Shown piece by piece: positions 16,725-26,190 of a stretch of 64,000 nucleotides of DNA; the first letter of the stretch is position 1, and the number at the start of each line of letters is the position of its first letter. The DNA is from Candidatus Peribacteria bacterium (GTDB taxonomy: Bacteria; Patescibacteriota; Gracilibacteria; UBA1369; UBA12463), in assembly GCA_943355055.1 (NCBI GenBank), contig CALREA010000002.1, positions 1,078 through 65,077 of the forward strand, read 5' to 3'. A program made the translations under genes and the position numbers. The notes below the pieces were generated by a model. The model was not told the DNA's origin. It made no database searches and saw nothing but the letters and a program-made list of their open reading frames with translations.

Positions 16725-19040
16725 ATGAATCATCTTGAACCGCTACTGGCCAAGATTGAGCAGATGGGACTGAAGGTACATTCAGAGCAACTTCGTGCGG
16801 CCGATGCGTTTGTTTTGGCGTGTCGTGAAGCGAGGATTGAGAGGGGATATCGCGTGCTGAACGGGCTGTTGGATTTGCGGCCTGATGAGACTACACTTAT
16901 TAGTGGGCTTATTTTTTCATCAAGGATTTCGCTTGAAATACATAGTTCTGACATTGAGAAATTGTTTGGCCCTGGTGTTTTGAAAATTCTTCAGGCCCTG
17001 GCAAAGATCAAACATCTTCGTCCGGATTTTGAGCGGAATGATACTGAGGTACTGCGACAGGTTATTTTGATGGTGGCGGAGGACTTGCGCGTGATGTTCG
17101 TCTGTCTCGCTGATATTTTGGATGATGTTCAACATATAGAGGATGTTCCCGTGGACCAACGTAAGCGTTTGACGGAGGAGTCGTTGAAAATATATGCACC
17201 TGTGGCATCTCGATTGGGTATGTACTCACTTAAGTGGCAACTTGAGGATCTCGCCTTCAAGGCATTGAATCCTTTTCAGTATAATCATATTCAGCAACAG
17301 CTTGAAAAGGTTGGGGAGGAGCGCAAGGGCGCGCTGGACGAATTTCAAAATGAACTTAGGCAGTTTTTGTCGCAGCATGATGTGATGTGTCGCATTACTG
17401 GACGAACCAAAAGTATTTATAGTATTTATCGAAAAATGCGGAAGAAGAGTACGGATCTGATTTTGGATCTGCACGATATTTTTGCCGTCCGCGTGATTCT
17501 TCCTACGAAATACGATACGACCGACTCATCTATGGAGTCGATGGAGACGCTGTATTCCGTGCTTGGATTTATTCATAACAAGTGCACGCCGTTGCCAGGA
17601 AGGTTTAAGGATTATATTGCGGTACCGAAACCAAACGGATATCAGAGTTTGCATACTTCCATTCTTACCACTTCGTCGGGTTTGAAAAATCAGCCGGTGG
17701 AGATTCAGATTCGTTCAGAAAAAATGCATCGAGAGGCGGAGTATGGTATTGCCGCTCACTGGCTCTATGAAGACACGCGTGGTCGCTCAACAGAGTTTGA
17801 TAAAGAAGATGTTCTCACTTTTGTTGATAATGCGAATGGGGTCGAAGGTGGCGTGCAGAACAAAAAGCTCAAGCGTCAGATCGAGTGGCTCCGAGGATTA
17901 ATCAAGGTTGAGGAAGAGGATGCGAGTGAGGGGGACAAGGAAGTGGCGGTTGATAAGGATGTGAATGAGTATAAAATCGATATTTTTCAGGATCGTATTT
18001 TCGTCTTTACTCCCAACGGTGAGGTAAAAGATCTTCCCGTAGACTCTACGCCGATTGATTTTGCCTATAGTGTTCATACCGATATCGGTCATCGATGCGC
18101 GATGGCAAAGGTTAATGGTCATATTGCTCCCGCCAACGCCTCATTGAAAAATGGGGATGTTGTTGAAATTATTCTCAAACCCAAGCCAAATCCAAGACCT
18201 GAGTGGTTGAGTTTTGTGAAGACGAATTCGGCGAGACAGAAGATTAAAGTTTGGTTCAAGAGTCAGAATAGGGAGTTGAGTTTCCGCGAGGGGAAAGAGC
18301 TTCTCAATAAGCAGTTGCGAAGACTGAACAAGGCCGGACTTGATGAACAAATGAGCATTCTGAAGCAGTATGGAGATAAGACGTTGACAGTGAGCGAGCG
18401 ACAGAAGATTGTTGAGGATATTGGTAATGGATCGATTCCAGTGAGTTCCGTTATCAAAAAAATGTTTCATCAGGATGAGCTGATGCAGCCGCTTGTTCCG
18501 GTTCCCCTGAAGGCGATCCCTGACTCTGCGCCATTAGATTCGCGAATTTTACTTGGTGGAGAGGCGGGTCTTCCCGTTCGCTTGGCCCAGTGCTGCTCTC
18601 CGACTGAAGGCGAGTTTATCGTTGGGTATGTGTCGCGAGAACACGCTTCGATTCACAAAATCAATTGTGCTCATCTACAGAGCTCAAATCCTGCCCGCGT
18701 GCTCGAGGCACGATGGGTTTCTTCACTTTCCGATGCCGCTACGCAGAAGTACAGCGTTAGAGTTCTGGTGGAGGCGGTCAATCGTATCGGTCTCATCCGT
18801 GATATTACCGGCGTGGTTTCCGATATGAATGTGAATATATTGGATTTCAGCGTCAAGCATCTCGATGAAAAGTATGTCGTTCGTTCGCTCCTGCTGGAGG
18901 TTAACGGCTATGAGCAGCTCGATGATATTCTTTCTAAACTTGAAAATACTACCGGTGTTTTGAGTGTTATGCGTGAAGAGACTCGAGAACATCAAACGAT
19001 TTTGGCAAAGAAAAGGTCTGCGCGTTCCAAAGCGTCCTGA
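16725..19040 (+). CDS. relA: Long RSH (p)ppGpp synthetase with degenerate hydrolase domain
   Basis: GRTKSIYSIYRKM, DIFAVRV, RFKDYIAVPKPNGYQSLHT, EIQIR; TGS (DFAYSVHT), CC and ACT domains; the HD motif is absent. Confidence 0.93.
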   Translation: MNHLEPLLAKIEQMGLKVHSEQLRAADAFVLACREARIERGYRVLNGLLDLRPDETTLISGLIFSSRISLEIHSSDIEKLFGPGVLKILQALAKIKHLRPDFERNDTEVLRQVILMVAEDLRVMFVCLADILDDVQHIEDVPVDQRKRLTEESLKIYAPVASRLGMYSLKWQLEDLAFKALNPFQYNHIQQQLEKVGEERKGALDEFQNELRQFLSQHDVMCRITGRTKSIYSIYRKMRKKSTDLILDLHDIFAVRVILPTKYDTTDSSMESMETLYSVLGFIHNKCTPLPGRFKDYIAVPKPNGYQSLHTSILTTSSGLKNQPVEIQIRSEKMHREAEYGIAAHWLYEDTRGRSTEFDKEDVLTFVDNANGVEGGVQNKKLKRQIEWLRGLIKVEEEDASEGDKEVAVDKDVNEYKIDIFQDRIFVFTPNGEVKDLPVDSTPIDFAYSVHTDIGHRCAMAKVNGHIAPANASLKNGDVVEIILKPKPNPRPEWLSFVKTNSARQKIKVWFKSQNRELSFREGKELLNKQLRRLNKAGLDEQMSILKQYGDKTLTVSERQKIVEDIGNGSIPVSSVIKKMFHQDELMQPLVPVPLKAIPDSAPLDSRILLGGEAGLPVRLAQCCSPTEGEFIVGYVSREHASIHKINCAHLQSSNPARVLEARWVSSLSDAATQKYSVRVLVEAVNRIGLIRDITGVVSDMNVNILDFSVKHLDEKYVVRSLLLEVNGYEQLDDILSKLENTTGVLSVMREETREHQTILAKKRSARSKAS

Positions 19041-19740
19041 GCATTTTTTTCATATCTTTGTTCTGATCTTCATCCATGGATATTTTCAGGGATGCCTCGA
19101 TGGTGTTTTTTTGAAGGTAATTGAGGAGTTTTAGATACTCCTTGTTAAACGTTTCGCGCGCGTGTTTTTTTGGATTGAATTTTTCGCAGTCATGGCAGGT
19201 AATTTGAAGCATATCCCACCCTGAAATTTTCTCCGGATCAATTTTTTGGTGACATCGAGTGCAGTGTGAAAATGATGGCAATATGCCGAGAATCTCGAAA
19301 ATTTTTACCTGAAAAATATCAAATAATTGCTCCATTTTTTTCTCATCAATCATGAGTTCCAGTTTTTCAAGCGTTTCTATCGTTACTTCGTAGAGAGGAT
19401 CGTTCACATGTTCCGGTTCGCTACATCGATCGATGATATCCATCATTGTCAGGCCGATTATTGCCTTCTTGGTTGAGTGTTTCTCCGGGGTGAATTCTCG
19501 CAGGGTTTCGCATTGCGTGATCGTCCAGTAGCCACTGCCCGCGCGATACATCAGTACTCGACATGTATTTAGAGGAGAGAGCCTGCTTACGAATGGAGAG
19601 GTGAGATTTTTGGCTCCACGGGCTTTCGCGGAGATTTTCCCCACACCCTTGATATACAAAATCACCTGACGATCTTTTTCTCCGGCCGAGTAGCGTTTGA
19701 GGACGAGTGCCGATTCGTTCCAGTAGCGTTGTTGGTTCAT
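18967..19740 (-). CDS. recO: DNA repair protein RecO
   Basis: GEKDR..GKISAKARGA OB-fold N-terminus; CxxC..CxxC zinc finger. Confidence 0.9.
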   Translation of the reverse strand: MNQQRYWNESALVLKRYSAGEKDRQVILYIKGVGKISAKARGAKNLTSPFVSRLSPLNTCRVLMYRAGSGYWTITQCETLREFTPEKHSTKKAIIGLTMMDIIDRCSEPEHVNDPLYEVTIETLEKLELMIDEKKMEQLFDIFQVKIFEILGILPSFSHCTRCHQKIDPEKISGWDMLQITCHDCEKFNPKKHARETFNKEYLKLLNYLQKNTIEASLKISMDEDQNKDMKKMLRTLWNAQTFSLPKSFDVLESLHA

Positions 19741-19743
19741 GCT

Positions 19744-20673
19744 TTAGGATAGTACCATATGCTTCTGAAGGTGTTTCTCTACGGCGGCAAAACTGCTTAC
19801 GAGCGTCAGTATGAGTGTGGCGATTATTTCGGTGAAGAGCAGCCATGCGAAAGGAATAATGATGGTGCTGGAAAAGAAGTTGATTTCCGGTAACAGGGCG
19901 AATTTCGTCATCACGTAGAATCCAGTAAAACTGAGGGTTACTGCGATGAGTGTCGACCAAACCGCTTCTAGCAAATATGGGAGACGTATAAGATTCGGCG
20001 TTGCCCCTACGAGTCGCATAATTCCGATCTCTACTCTACGATTGTAAATGGCTACGTCAATACTACTATTCATCATTAAAACGCTTCCAATCAGAAATGC
20101 CGCAATGACCCAAAATAGTAAGGTACGTGAGAAATGATCAAGCTTGAAGAGGTTTTCCGTCACTTTTTGCGTAATGGACGCATCATTTTGAGAATTTTGT
20201 GTATCTGATTTTTCAAGAGTATTGATGAACGCTTTGTTGCTTGATGCTTGAAGATAGCTCTGAATGCTCTCATAGATTGCCGGACTTTCCACCGTGATCT
20301 GAATGCTTGGCGGAAGCGTATTTTCTAAATTGAATTTTTGGTAATACTCAGCGGTTTTCGGATGGTTTTTGAGAAAGTTTGCCAATGCTTGCTGCTTGGA
20401 GACATATACGGCATCTTTTACTCCCGGCTGTGCTTGAATGCTATTATTTATTTCCTTCGCCTTATCTTGACTAATGTCGTCTTGGAGATAGACGATCATC
20501 GTGATCTTCTGTCCTAATTCGTTGAGTTGCGATCGCACGATCATATTCACCGAAAGAATGACATTCAGAATAAAGAGAATAATGGCGATGAGAAGTATGG
20601 TTCCTATTGAGCTAAATCTGTTTCTCCAGAGATTTTTCAGACTGTATTTTGTGCTGTAGGCGAGGGTGCTCAT
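19744..20673 (-). CDS. ftsX: Cell division permease FtsX
   Basis: YVSKQQAL, NTLPPS and RRVEIGIMRLVGAT..IRLPYLLEA motifs. Confidence 0.9.
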   Translation of the reverse strand: MSTLAYSTKYSLKNLWRNRFSSIGTILLIAIILFILNVILSVNMIVRSQLNELGQKITMIVYLQDDISQDKAKEINNSIQAQPGVKDAVYVSKQQALANFLKNHPKTAEYYQKFNLENTLPPSIQITVESPAIYESIQSYLQASSNKAFINTLEKSDTQNSQNDASITQKVTENLFKLDHFSRTLLFWVIAAFLIGSVLMMNSSIDVAIYNRRVEIGIMRLVGATPNLIRLPYLLEAVWSTLIAVTLSFTGFYVMTKFALLPEINFFSSTIIIPFAWLLFTEIIATLILTLVSSFAAVEKHLQKHMVLS

Positions 20674-20681
20674 GCTGTGTT

Positions 20682-21206
20682 TTAGAATACTTGAGTAAAG
20701 GCGCCGGGTTTTTCGATCAATAATTCATCGTTATTTATTCCTCCATGCGACCTCGGTTCTTGGTGGGATAGGCCTGCTCGAATAATTGATGATTTGTACA
20801 TTTGAGGTTTGAAAGCCTTGAGACGATGAATGTGAGTGCTCATTTTTTCATCAATAATGAGTTTTTCCAATCCAAGAGTAAACGCGAATTGGTCGTATCC
20901 AAGCGCTATAACGTCCGGTCTGATTTTTCGAATAATGTCATATTTGTTACCGGAGCTTCCTATAATAACTTTGTCGACGAGGCCGGAATTTTTGAGATTT
21001 TTGGCGCGCTGTTTTTCGTTGTTATACGATGGATTTCCTTTTATTTTTCGTACGGTATCATCTCGAGCAATGATGGCGATGATATAATTTCCTAACACAC
21101 GAGCTTGGGCGATCATACTTTCATGACCCGCGTGTAAGAGGTCGAAGGTACCAAAAATGAGGACTTTTCGCTCTTCTTGATTCGTGTTTTTGTCGGCTTG
21201 ATTCAT
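20682..21206 (-). CDS. Cytidyltransferase-like nucleotidyltransferase, probably RibL-type FAD synthase
   Basis: FGTFDLLHAGH, IARD, PDVIALGYDQ and KSS motifs. Confidence 0.75.
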   Translation of the reverse strand: MNQADKNTNQEERKVLIFGTFDLLHAGHESMIAQARVLGNYIIAIIARDDTVRKIKGNPSYNNEKQRAKNLKNSGLVDKVIIGSSGNKYDIIRKIRPDVIALGYDQFAFTLGLEKLIIDEKMSTHIHRLKAFKPQMYKSSIIRAGLSHQEPRSHGGINNDELLIEKPGAFTQVF

Positions 21207-21209
21207 ATA

Positions 21210-21521
21210 TTATGACTTAGTGACCGGAAAGGCGAAGTGTACGATTATGATCGTAGCTCCTATGAGTACGAAACATAGTGCCGTCAGGATTACTTGTATT
21301 CTAGAGTTTTTCTCTTCGGATGCAAGGGTATCTAGCACGCTGGTGCCGCCATATATTAATCCCATTATTATCGTAGGGAGTAGCAGTGTTTCCCCGAGTT
21401 TTTGGCTGAGGGGTAAGAAATTTTTATTCATGGCCAGCAGCGAGCTTAGTAAGTATCCCGCTCCAACAATAAAGAAAAAGAAAAAGGCGATTGTTTGAAT
21501 ATTTTTAGAAGTGTGTTCCAC
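21210..21521 (-). CDS. Small three-TM hypothetical membrane protein
   Basis: Three hydrophobic segments; first gene of the recO operon. Confidence 0.7.
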   Translation of the reverse strand: MEHTSKNIQTIAFFFFFIVGAGYLLSSLLAMNKNFLPLSQKLGETLLLPTIIMGLIYGGTSVLDTLASEEKNSRIQVILTALCFVLIGATIIIVHFAFPVTKS

Positions 21522-21596
21522 TACTTCATTGTATATGCTTTGCGCTGGTTCGACAAACCGTGTAGAATTTGTCTGTTATTTTCTTTTGCACGGTCC

Positions 21597-21890
21597 ATGG
21601 AGCTTTCACAAGAACAGGTAAGGCATATCGCGAAGTTGGCTCGTCTCGGGCTCTCTGACGATGAGGTGAAAAAATTCTCGACACAACTAACCAATATTTT
21701 GCAATATGTGGAAATATTGAGTGAGGTGGATACCTCAAGTGTGGAGGCGACGAATCAGGTGACGGGTCTGAAAAACGTGATGCGTGAGGACGCCGTGAAC
21801 GGCGATTGGACCACGCGTGATGAGTTGCTTGGTTGTAGCGAGTTGCCGGTGGAACGTGATCAGATTCGTGTTAAACCTGCTATTGAATAA
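21597..21890 (+). CDS. gatC: Asp/Glu-tRNA amidotransferase subunit C
   Basis: VRHIAKLARL..IL.YV..L.EVDT..N.MRED; precedes gatA. Confidence 0.93.
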   Translation: MELSQEQVRHIAKLARLGLSDDEVKKFSTQLTNILQYVEILSEVDTSSVEATNQVTGLKNVMREDAVNGDWTTRDELLGCSELPVERDQIRVKPAIE

Positions 21891-21897
21891 ATTTTCT

Positions 21898-23340
21898 ATG
21901 GATCTTCTTTCGTTATCAATATTGGAATTGCATGATGGTTTCATGAAAAAAAAGTTTACCTCACAGGAGGTGACTCGAGCGTATTTGCAGCAGATTGTCG
22001 AGAAAAATACTGTCCTGAATGCGTATGTGTTGACGACGCAGGATAGTGCATTGGAGCAGGCCGCTGAGTCTGATAGGCGCTATACTGAGGGTAAGCCACT
22101 TTCTGTTTTAGATGGGATTCCTTGTGGGTTAAAAGATATTTTTAATACGAAGGGCGTGCGAACGACCTGCTGTTCCAAGATGCTGGAGCGATTTGTCCCG
22201 CCGTATGATGCCACTAGTGTGACGAAGTTGCGGGAGGCCGGAGTAGTGTTTCTGGGGAAAACAAATATGGATGAGTTCGCGTGTGGGGGGTCGAGCGAGC
22301 ACTCGTGTTACGGACCGTCGATGAATCCGGTGGATCCTTCGAGGGTGGCGGGGGGAAGTTCGGGTGGGTCGGCCGCCGCCGTAGGCGGCGGGCTGGCAGC
22401 CTTTGCCATGGGTACCGATACCGGTGGCTCCATTCGTCTGCCTGCAGCCTTTTGCGGTTGTGTTGGTCTGAAACCTACCTACGGCAGAATTTCCCGAAGT
22501 GGCGTTACTGCAATGGCTTCTTCGCTTGATACGATTGGACATTTCACAAAAACGGTGGGGGACAGTGCGGCTATTTTGCAGGTTCTGGCCGGCCACGACC
22601 CGCGTGATGCCACGACACCGGATGTTCCCGTTCCGGATTATCTCAAAGATTTAGAGAAAGGCGTGAAGGGTATGACCTTCGGTCTGCCAAAGGAATATTT
22701 CGCTGAGGGCGTGGATCCTGAAATTAAAGAATCGGTATTAGCTGCAGCGAAAATTTATGAGCAACTGGGGGCAAAAGTCATCGAAGTTAGCCTCCCTGCT
22801 ACCAAGTATGCGGTGGCGATGTACTACATCGTGATGCCCGCCGAGCTCAGTGCGAATCTCGCACGATTCGATGGTATCCGTTTCGGTAGCCGCCCAAAAC
22901 AAGAGGGCGAGTCGATGGTGGATTATTTCTTCAATGCGCGTGCCGAGGGCTTCGGCGCCGAGATCAAACGTCGTATCATGATCGGTACCTATGTGCTCTC
23001 CGCTGGATATTATGATGCGTTTTATAATAAGGCGTTGAAGGTTCGTACGCTTATCAAACAAGATTTCGATCGTGTTTTCGGGGAGGTGGACGCACTGATT
23101 GCTCCAACAGTTCCGCTAACGGCCTTCAAGCCTGGTGAGAAAATGGAGGATCCTGTTGCTATGTACCTTGCTGATGCTTTAACTATTCCTGCCAATGCCG
23201 CTGGAATCCCCGCTATTAGTATTCCGTGTGGAAAAACGGCCTCCGGCTTACCCGTCGGCCTCCAAATCTTCGTCCCGCAGTTTCAGGAAGCCAAATTATT
23301 CCAGGTTGCACGGGCCTATGAGGATGCGCTGAAGATATAA
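21898..23340 (+). CDS. gatA: Asp/Glu-tRNA amidotransferase subunit A
   Basis: GKTNMDEFA, GGSSGGSAAAV, GTDTGGSIR, NLARFDG and EIKRRIMIGTYVLSAGYYDA motifs. Confidence 0.97.
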   Translation: MDLLSLSILELHDGFMKKKFTSQEVTRAYLQQIVEKNTVLNAYVLTTQDSALEQAAESDRRYTEGKPLSVLDGIPCGLKDIFNTKGVRTTCCSKMLERFVPPYDATSVTKLREAGVVFLGKTNMDEFACGGSSEHSCYGPSMNPVDPSRVAGGSSGGSAAAVGGGLAAFAMGTDTGGSIRLPAAFCGCVGLKPTYGRISRSGVTAMASSLDTIGHFTKTVGDSAAILQVLAGHDPRDATTPDVPVPDYLKDLEKGVKGMTFGLPKEYFAEGVDPEIKESVLAAAKIYEQLGAKVIEVSLPATKYAVAMYYIVMPAELSANLARFDGIRFGSRPKQEGESMVDYFFNARAEGFGAEIKRRIMIGTYVLSAGYYDAFYNKALKVRTLIKQDFDRVFGEVDALIAPTVPLTAFKPGEKMEDPVAMYLADALTIPANAAGIPAISIPCGKTASGLPVGLQIFVPQFQEAKLFQVARAYEDALKI

Positions 23341-23341
23341 C

Positions 23342-25294
23342 TTACATCTGTTCCACTTTCTCTATTCCTAAGAGCTCTAGCGATACCGATAAAAGTGTGT
23401 GAACATATCGTACTAGCTCCAATCTGGCACGCTTCACTCCAGTATTAATTGGTTTCATGCCCTCGGCTTGCTTCTTCAGGATCGGACAATTTTCATAAAA
23501 AAATGAGAACGTTTTTGCTAATTTATACACGTAATCAGACAGAATGGTTTGATCGAGTGTTTGCTGGATGTTTCTCATACGCTCCGTGAACTCGACGAGG
23601 GTCATAAGGAGTTGGTGCTCTGCAGGCTCAATGAGAAGGGAAAAATCGATGCTTGGATCATTGAAAATGTTTACATCTTCACGGTTACTACTATTTTCAC
23701 AATTCCGAATAATCTTTCCGCTACGAACATATTGGTAGAGTATGTAGGGTCCCGTTTTTCCCTCAAGTTTCACGGACTGCTCCGGGTCGAATTTTATCTT
23801 ACTCTCCGGTCGGTTCGAGAGCAGGTAGTAACGCATGGCGGCGATACCGATCTTGTCTGCTGACTCCTCGTCAATATTCACAATTTTCACCTTGTCTCGT
23901 AGCTCGTCCAGAATATCATCGGCATCCACAACCGTTCCTTCTCGTGACTTCATCCTCCCGTGAGGAAGGTCTACCATGCCGTAGGAAATGTGCTTGAGAT
24001 GGTTGGCCCACGGATATCCAAGCGCTTTGAGAATACCAAAGAGTACCTCAAAATGACGAATCTGCTCGTCTGCTACTACATACATGCTATTATTCGGGTG
24101 GTAGTTTTTTGCCTTCAGTTCGGCCATGGCGAGGTCTTGCGTGATGTATACACTCGTTCCGTCCGATCGAAGTAATACCTTTCTCCCATGAAGTGGGTTT
24201 CCTTCTCGATCTTTTACCTCAAGCTTGTCTAGATCGGCGACTACGGCTCCACTAGTGTCTTTTTCAAAAATGCCTTTATGTAGCCCCGTTTTTATCATAT
24301 CCATTGCGAGTTTATATGTCTTCGACTCGTAATAAATCACATCGAAACTCGTATGAAGACGTTTGAGTGTTTGCTCCATTCCGGAGATGGCCCATCCATT
24401 CATTTTTTCCCACTGTGATACTATTTTAGGGTCTCCATCTTCCCATTTTTGGAGCATTTCGTTCACTGTGATTACGAGAGGAGCCTTTGTTTTTGCGTTG
24501 TTTACTATTTTTTCTTCTAACGTCTCAAGCATTTTTTTTGCTTTTTCGTGAGCAAGTTTTGATTTTTTATCATCAGGAGTTTTTTCCATCTCTAATCTTG
24601 ATTGTGCTACTTGCTCGGTTTTCAGAGCTAACTCTTGGCTTATCTCCCGAGTATTTCTTATTTGCCCGATGATAGGTTTTAGTTCTGCCTGAAGGTCTTT
24701 CTCGTAGCGCACATAGTAGTTCCCCACAAAGTGATCCCCTTTGATTCCAGTGGATTCAGGAGTTTGTTCCTCTCCATGCATCTCATACGCCAGCATGGAT
24801 TTACAAATATGTGCTCCTCGATCGTTAAAAAGATTAACTTTCAACACATCATGACCCATGAATTTCAGCATTCTGGTGAGGCTTTCTCCCAATGCAATAT
24901 TTCGCAGGTGCCCCAGGTGCATCGGCTTGTTTGTATTCGGACTGAAAAATTCCACCATTGTTCGCTGATTGGCAGGCTCTATTCCGCCATTTGGTTCGGC
25001 CGCAATTTTACCTGCACACTCTGCCAACAAAAAATTATCAATGTGAAAATTGATATATCCTTTTTCGCTCGAAATGGTAATACCGTTTGGCAGGAGGGGG
25101 ATAATGATACTCTTGAGCCTCTCCATTGTGTCATCTATTGATTCTTTCGCTGTGCGAAGCGGATTGATGTTAAGACTATAATCAGCCGTATCAACTCGTG
25201 CCCGCATAATTGGTTGCGGCAGTTCCCCTAGAACTTCCTCTATTGCAGAAGTTATGCTAGCGAGAATACTATAGTCAGAAGTGGGGGATTGCAT
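23342..25294 (-). CDS. argS: Arginine-tRNA ligase
   Basis: SPNTNKPMHLGHLRN HIGH motif, MKSREG, TGPY..Y...R, FYENCPIL anticodon-binding domain. Confidence 0.95.
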   Translation of the reverse strand: MQSPTSDYSILASITSAIEEVLGELPQPIMRARVDTADYSLNINPLRTAKESIDDTMERLKSIIIPLLPNGITISSEKGYINFHIDNFLLAECAGKIAAEPNGGIEPANQRTMVEFFSPNTNKPMHLGHLRNIALGESLTRMLKFMGHDVLKVNLFNDRGAHICKSMLAYEMHGEEQTPESTGIKGDHFVGNYYVRYEKDLQAELKPIIGQIRNTREISQELALKTEQVAQSRLEMEKTPDDKKSKLAHEKAKKMLETLEEKIVNNAKTKAPLVITVNEMLQKWEDGDPKIVSQWEKMNGWAISGMEQTLKRLHTSFDVIYYESKTYKLAMDMIKTGLHKGIFEKDTSGAVVADLDKLEVKDREGNPLHGRKVLLRSDGTSVYITQDLAMAELKAKNYHPNNSMYVVADEQIRHFEVLFGILKALGYPWANHLKHISYGMVDLPHGRMKSREGTVVDADDILDELRDKVKIVNIDEESADKIGIAAMRYYLLSNRPESKIKFDPEQSVKLEGKTGPYILYQYVRSGKIIRNCENSSNREDVNIFNDPSIDFSLLIEPAEHQLLMTLVEFTERMRNIQQTLDQTILSDYVYKLAKTFSFFYENCPILKKQAEGMKPINTGVKRARLELVRYVHTLLSVSLELLGIEKVEQM

Positions 25295-25328
25295 AATAAT
25301 GTGATATTATCTATTTCTAACTTCAAAT

Positions 25329-26189
25329 TTAAGCTCCGTGTTTTTTTAGAAAATCCTTAAGTATCGTTGTTTTCCCCTGTTCTATATCATTCAAAGCCGC
25401 TTTTGCTCCTCTTTTTACAGATTCATCTTTTGACATCTGAAAATCTTCCATAAAATTCTTCTTTGCAAACTCCCACGCCATCTGAAAGATAGCTCTCTGC
25501 GTGTTGGCGATCTCTTCTGATTCAATAATCATGCCGATGAGTTCCCCTCTCAAAGACACAATGGCAACCTTATTATCATAAATATTTATCTCATTAGTGA
25601 AGTCGAATTTGACGGCCGGAACCAGACGAATCTCGCGGAAGTTCTTTTTATCCGCAGCATGAACCCGTTTTCCGTACTCGTCCTCAGGGGCAATTCCTTT
25701 CAGGTGGATTTTTTTCTTCACACGTTTTCCGACATACTCGGTATCATATTCCGGCCAGAAGTTACGAATTTCACGTGAGTTGGCATAGTTCAAAATTTCC
25801 GTTTTACTTGTCAGTGTATCTCCATAAATGGCTTTTATTCCCTCGATTCCCTCGAAGTACTGCACCTGTGGATGCTTCAATCCCGTCTTGATTCGCTTGA
25901 GCTTTGGCAGTGTCATTTTTAGCATATCCGTGTGCCGTTGTGTCTCACTGTGGAGCAGTTCGGGATCGATCGCGCTGAAAAACTTCACATTTTTCTTTAC
26001 CATGAAGTTTACAAATCCTTTCCCAATAAGCTTCTCCAAAACGTCATACGTCGTTACCCGATTGAGTCGTGCCACTTTGGCAATCTGCGTAGCGGGCTGC
26101 GATCCGAGCTCGAGGCATGCGAGATAAATACAGGCTTCTTTTTCGGTGAGTCCAATGTTTTTCAACGGTGCAATGAGTGTCTTATCCAT
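25329..26189 (-). CDS. TrmB-family transcriptional regulator
   Basis: GLTEKEA.IY...LELG..A..IA....RVTTY..L..L..KG HTH; FEG.EG and EI.IY.NKV effector-domain motifs. Confidence 0.9.
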   Translation of the reverse strand: MDKTLIAPLKNIGLTEKEACIYLACLELGSQPATQIAKVARLNRVTTYDVLEKLIGKGFVNFMVKKNVKFFSAIDPELLHSETQRHTDMLKMTLPKLKRIKTGLKHPQVQYFEGIEGIKAIYGDTLTSKTEILNYANSREIRNFWPEYDTEYVGKRVKKKIHLKGIAPEDEYGKRVHAADKKNFREIRLVPAVKFDFTNEINIYDNKVAIVSLRGELIGMIIESEEIANTQRAIFQMAWEFAKKNFMEDFQMSKDESVKRGAKAALNDIEQGKTTILKDFLKKHGA

Positions 26190-26190
26190 A

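Noticed and set aside
18967-19040. 74-bp convergent overlap of rel and recO
   Set aside because: Short tail-to-tail overlaps are common in compact genomes; another occurs at 39172-39227.
21597-23340. Missing gatB as a novelty
   Set aside because: Split gatCA/gatB arrangements are common; gatB is probably elsewhere in the genome.
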